Source: Nemertoderma westbladi
Taxonomy: Eukaryota; Animalia; Xenacoelomorpha
DNA length: 36,734 bases
Reading direction: 5' to 3'
NCBI GenBank assembly: GCA_032718475.1
Contig: JAUCBJ010006122.1
Coordinates: forward strand, 1 to 36,734
The notes under the pieces are model-generated. The model saw only the letters and a program-made list of their open reading frames with translations. It was not told the origin of the DNA and searched no databases. This document shows, one piece after another, positions 33,861 to 36,734 of the stretch; the first letter of the stretch is position 1, and each line of letters starts with the position of its first letter. The position numbers and the translations under genes were made by a program.

Positions 33861-34430
33861 TTATATATCATTCATTGATGTAGATGTGACGTTAAATGAA
33901 ACTTTGTCATTATTGACAGAATCGTAGTGAATGTGGTGACAGCTCATTATACCCGGTATTGCAACAGCAGTGCTCCAATCGATTTCAGGAATCTCCTCTT
34001 TGTCAACATGAAATACGTTAACTTTAGGCATAATATTTCTGACACAGTTAAAAAAATCCATAGAATTCTGGACGATTAGTCCAAATTTACTCATTGATAA
34101 TGACCGAACTAATAATGATCTGGCCCGGCCACCAATTCCATCGACCACACCTTTGCCAAGGGATGTCGCTGTATATTTCCAATACAATTGTTGTCCAGGG
34201 AAATATTTTTTACACAAAAGGACCATCGAAGGACCATCACTCCATAGTATAAGATCTGAAGCTGGCGGATGATTTTCTAGAATATCCTTAATTATCAGTT
34301 CGATATAGAATGCCACCTCATCGTTGTATTTGTCCTTTGAATTCGAACAAATAGAAATAAGAATGTTTGGTCAGCTTCACCATTCCTAAAATATGCGGCT
34401 GTGAATAAAGTTACACTTTCTCGCGACCAT
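33861..34430 (-). pseudogene. DDE transposase relic (Sola2-like)
   Basis: LILWSDGP and WKYTATSLGKGVVDGIGG resemble the WSDG / ATSHGKGxxDGxGG motifs; also AIPGIMSCHHI. Contains deletions. Superfamily is assigned from recalled motifs. Confidence 0.65.
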
Positions 34431-34919
34431 AACGATTATTACTTTTGGGTTTCAAGTCTACCTCACTCACTCTTACTGTCACTGTCAAACTGTATACTGT
34501 CAGCTGGTGAGTACTTTGTATAGGCAGTGATTTTTTATGTCCTTTTATTTGACTTTTTTTGTCCTCCTTTTTTTACGAATTATGCATAATGACTTTTGTT
34601 GTCCTTTTAATGACTTTTATTGTCCTTTTAATGACTTTTTATGTATGTATTTCTTCAAACTGTCAGACTGTTGGTTTCTGGACTGTCAGACAGTTGATTT
34701 CAACATGCCTATGCCAAAACATTCAAAATTTGTTGATTTCTGGTCTGTCGGACAGTTGGTTTCACTATGCCTGTGCCAAAACATTCCATGATTCCATTAT
34801 TTATAGACTATGAGATAGAATTCCATAGGCGCCTGTGGTAAAAGACTCTAAATTTAATAGTTTGTGGTTGTTGTCGATAATCGATTACCACATGACGTAG
34901 CAAAACACTCATTTTATAG

Positions 34920-35522
34920 CCAAAAACAATTACCAATTGATGGAAAGGAGCAGGTTAAGGCCGGATTTTCTAAGCAAAACAATAAACAGTCACTTTACCA
35001 AATCAGGGAAAGGAGCAGGTTACAGAGGCGGGATTTTCTAACCAAAACAATAAACGATCATTTAACTAATTGAGGGAAAGGATCAGGTTACAGAGACGGG
35101 ATTTTCTAACCAAAACAATAAACGATAACATTACCAATTGAGAGAAAGGAGCAGGTTACAGATGCGGGATTTTCTAACCAAAACAATAAACAGTCACTTT
35201 ACCAAATCAGGGAAAGGAGCGGGTTACAGAGACGGGATTTTCTAACCAAAACAATAACATTACCAATTGAGAGAAAGGAGCAGGTTACAGAGGCGGGATT
35301 TCCTAACCAAAACAATAAACGATCACTTAATTAATTGAGGGAAAGGGGCAGGTTACAGAGGCGGGGTTTTCTAACCAAAACAATAAACAGTCACTTTACA
35401 AAATGAAGGAAAGGAGCAGGTTAGAGAGGCGGGCCTTTCTAACCAAAACAATAAACGGTCACTTTACCAAATCAGGCAAATGAGCAGGTTACAGATGAGG
35501 CGGGATTTTCTAACCAAAACAA
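34920..35522. repeat. ~68-bp tandem repeat, about 9 copies
   Basis: Unit AAGGAGCAGGTTACAGAGGCGGGATTTTCTAACCAAAACAATAAACAGTCACTTTACCAAATCAGGGA with variants. Confidence 0.95.
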
Positions 35523-36116
35523 CCGGTCAGCCGGTAGGCCTACCAGTACCGTATTTAAATGGTAGGCTACACAGTAGGCCTACAGCAGTACCGGTGCCGG
35601 TACCGGTACTAAAATACAGAAATGCCTGCTTTATACCTACATCTGTACATACAATACAGCAAAATAGTGCTATATATACTAATACCGGTACTGATAGGCT
35701 GAGAGAACAGCAGTAGAGAAACCGGTAGCATGGAACCTAACATTAGACTTTTGGAGGACATAAAAAATAAAAAAAAAAGGACAAAAAAAGGATTTAAACG
35801 GACAATAAAAATTATTGCGAAATTATTTCGATATCTGCACTTTAGCTTAGCCTAGTACAGTACTGCAGTCCAGTAGTACTTAGGCCTAATCTGCAAATTG
35901 TTTTATAAATATGAGTTCTGTACGTTTTTTTTAAATGTTTTAGGGACGCAATTAGTGTATGGTCTAGTAATTAGTAATTATATACTCTCTGTGCGCTTTC
36001 GTAAAACTTTATAATGCTTTTATCCTATTTTACTTATGCAGATGCAGAGGTCTTTTAATTTTAGTAAATTTTCTCATCATGCCCATATTAGTACTGGTAG
36101 TCAACGTCAACCGTTA

Positions 36117-36176
36117 GTGTACCTGGTTTATCTACCATAAGTGTACCTGGTTTATCTACCATAAGTGTACCTGGTT
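36117..36176. repeat. 24-bp tandem repeat, 2.5 copies
   Basis: GTGTACCTGGTTTATCTACCATAA repeated. Confidence 0.9.
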
Positions 36177-36734
36177 GTTCTTTCTCTGGTGTAATATATA
36201 AAGTTTTATTTTAAATATTGTCACTGTGAAATAATACTAATAATAGTACCAGTATTCAATATCAGCTGGCCTGGCAGGCTGGTGCCCATAGTCTGGTCCT
36301 TAAGACAGTAAGAACACGTTCGTGGGGCCTTCGCGCAGCACGAGGCCCAGTTATTAGATACAAATTAAAATTGAGCGACTGTATCACAAAATCAGGTTTT
36401 GAGAAATTTACCCACACCACCAATCAATCAAAGAAAGGGGGACAGTACGTGTTCACCCCTTTTAATATCCCCCCCCCCCACCCTTCCCAACCACCAATAC
36501 ATAACCGCGACATCTACCACCCACGGAAGGGTAGCTGTTCGCGCTTTTGAAGACCTTTAGCAGTTTAACCTGCCAAAATTTATATGTCTTTTAGTTAATT
36601 AAAACACCTTTAGCATACGACAATATTTTATGCTAATACGCAAAACATTAGCCGAAGTCAGCCCATGCGCGATCATTCACCCGATGGATCTACACCCGGG
36701 AGGCTGAATTCGGATGCTTAAATTTTATTATTGC

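Noticed and set aside
34920-35522. CRISPR-like periodicity (~68 bp)
   Set aside because: The whole unit repeats, the variable part falls into a few related variants rather than unique spacers, there are no cas genes, and the context is eukaryotic.

Overview
AT-rich, repeat-dense animal (invertebrate-like) nuclear DNA; it is not prokaryotic. There are four host genes, all intron-poor: an IA-2/PTPRN-family pseudophosphatase domain in one uninterrupted ORF (+, ~71-1123), intronless CCDC86/Cgr1 (+, 13963-14343), a 15-finger C2H2 zinc-finger ORF (+, 15472-16842), and a complete 3-exon CLCN7 (-, 30020-24046, 789 aa). The rest is nested mobile DNA: three CR1/L2-type LINE relics, three copies of an RTE-type LINE (one with a 30-bp TSD), two tRNA-headed SINEs, a 2.26-kb hAT-like non-autonomous element, several MITEs, a Helentron/DINE-like element, a DDE transposase relic and several minisatellites. 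The most notable observations are: (1) the Helentron-like element's 315-bp tandem repeats each carry two CTCF-core-like motifs, one with the upstream TGCAG module at canonical spacing; (2) a tRNA-like Pol III cassette sits between perfect 52-bp inverted repeats next to an 80-bp perfect palindrome in CLCN7 intron 2; (3) a 68-bp satellite unit also occurs as dispersed monomers, two of which sit right behind AATAAA at the 3' ends of two genes. All calls come from reading the sequence by eye; no searches were run.
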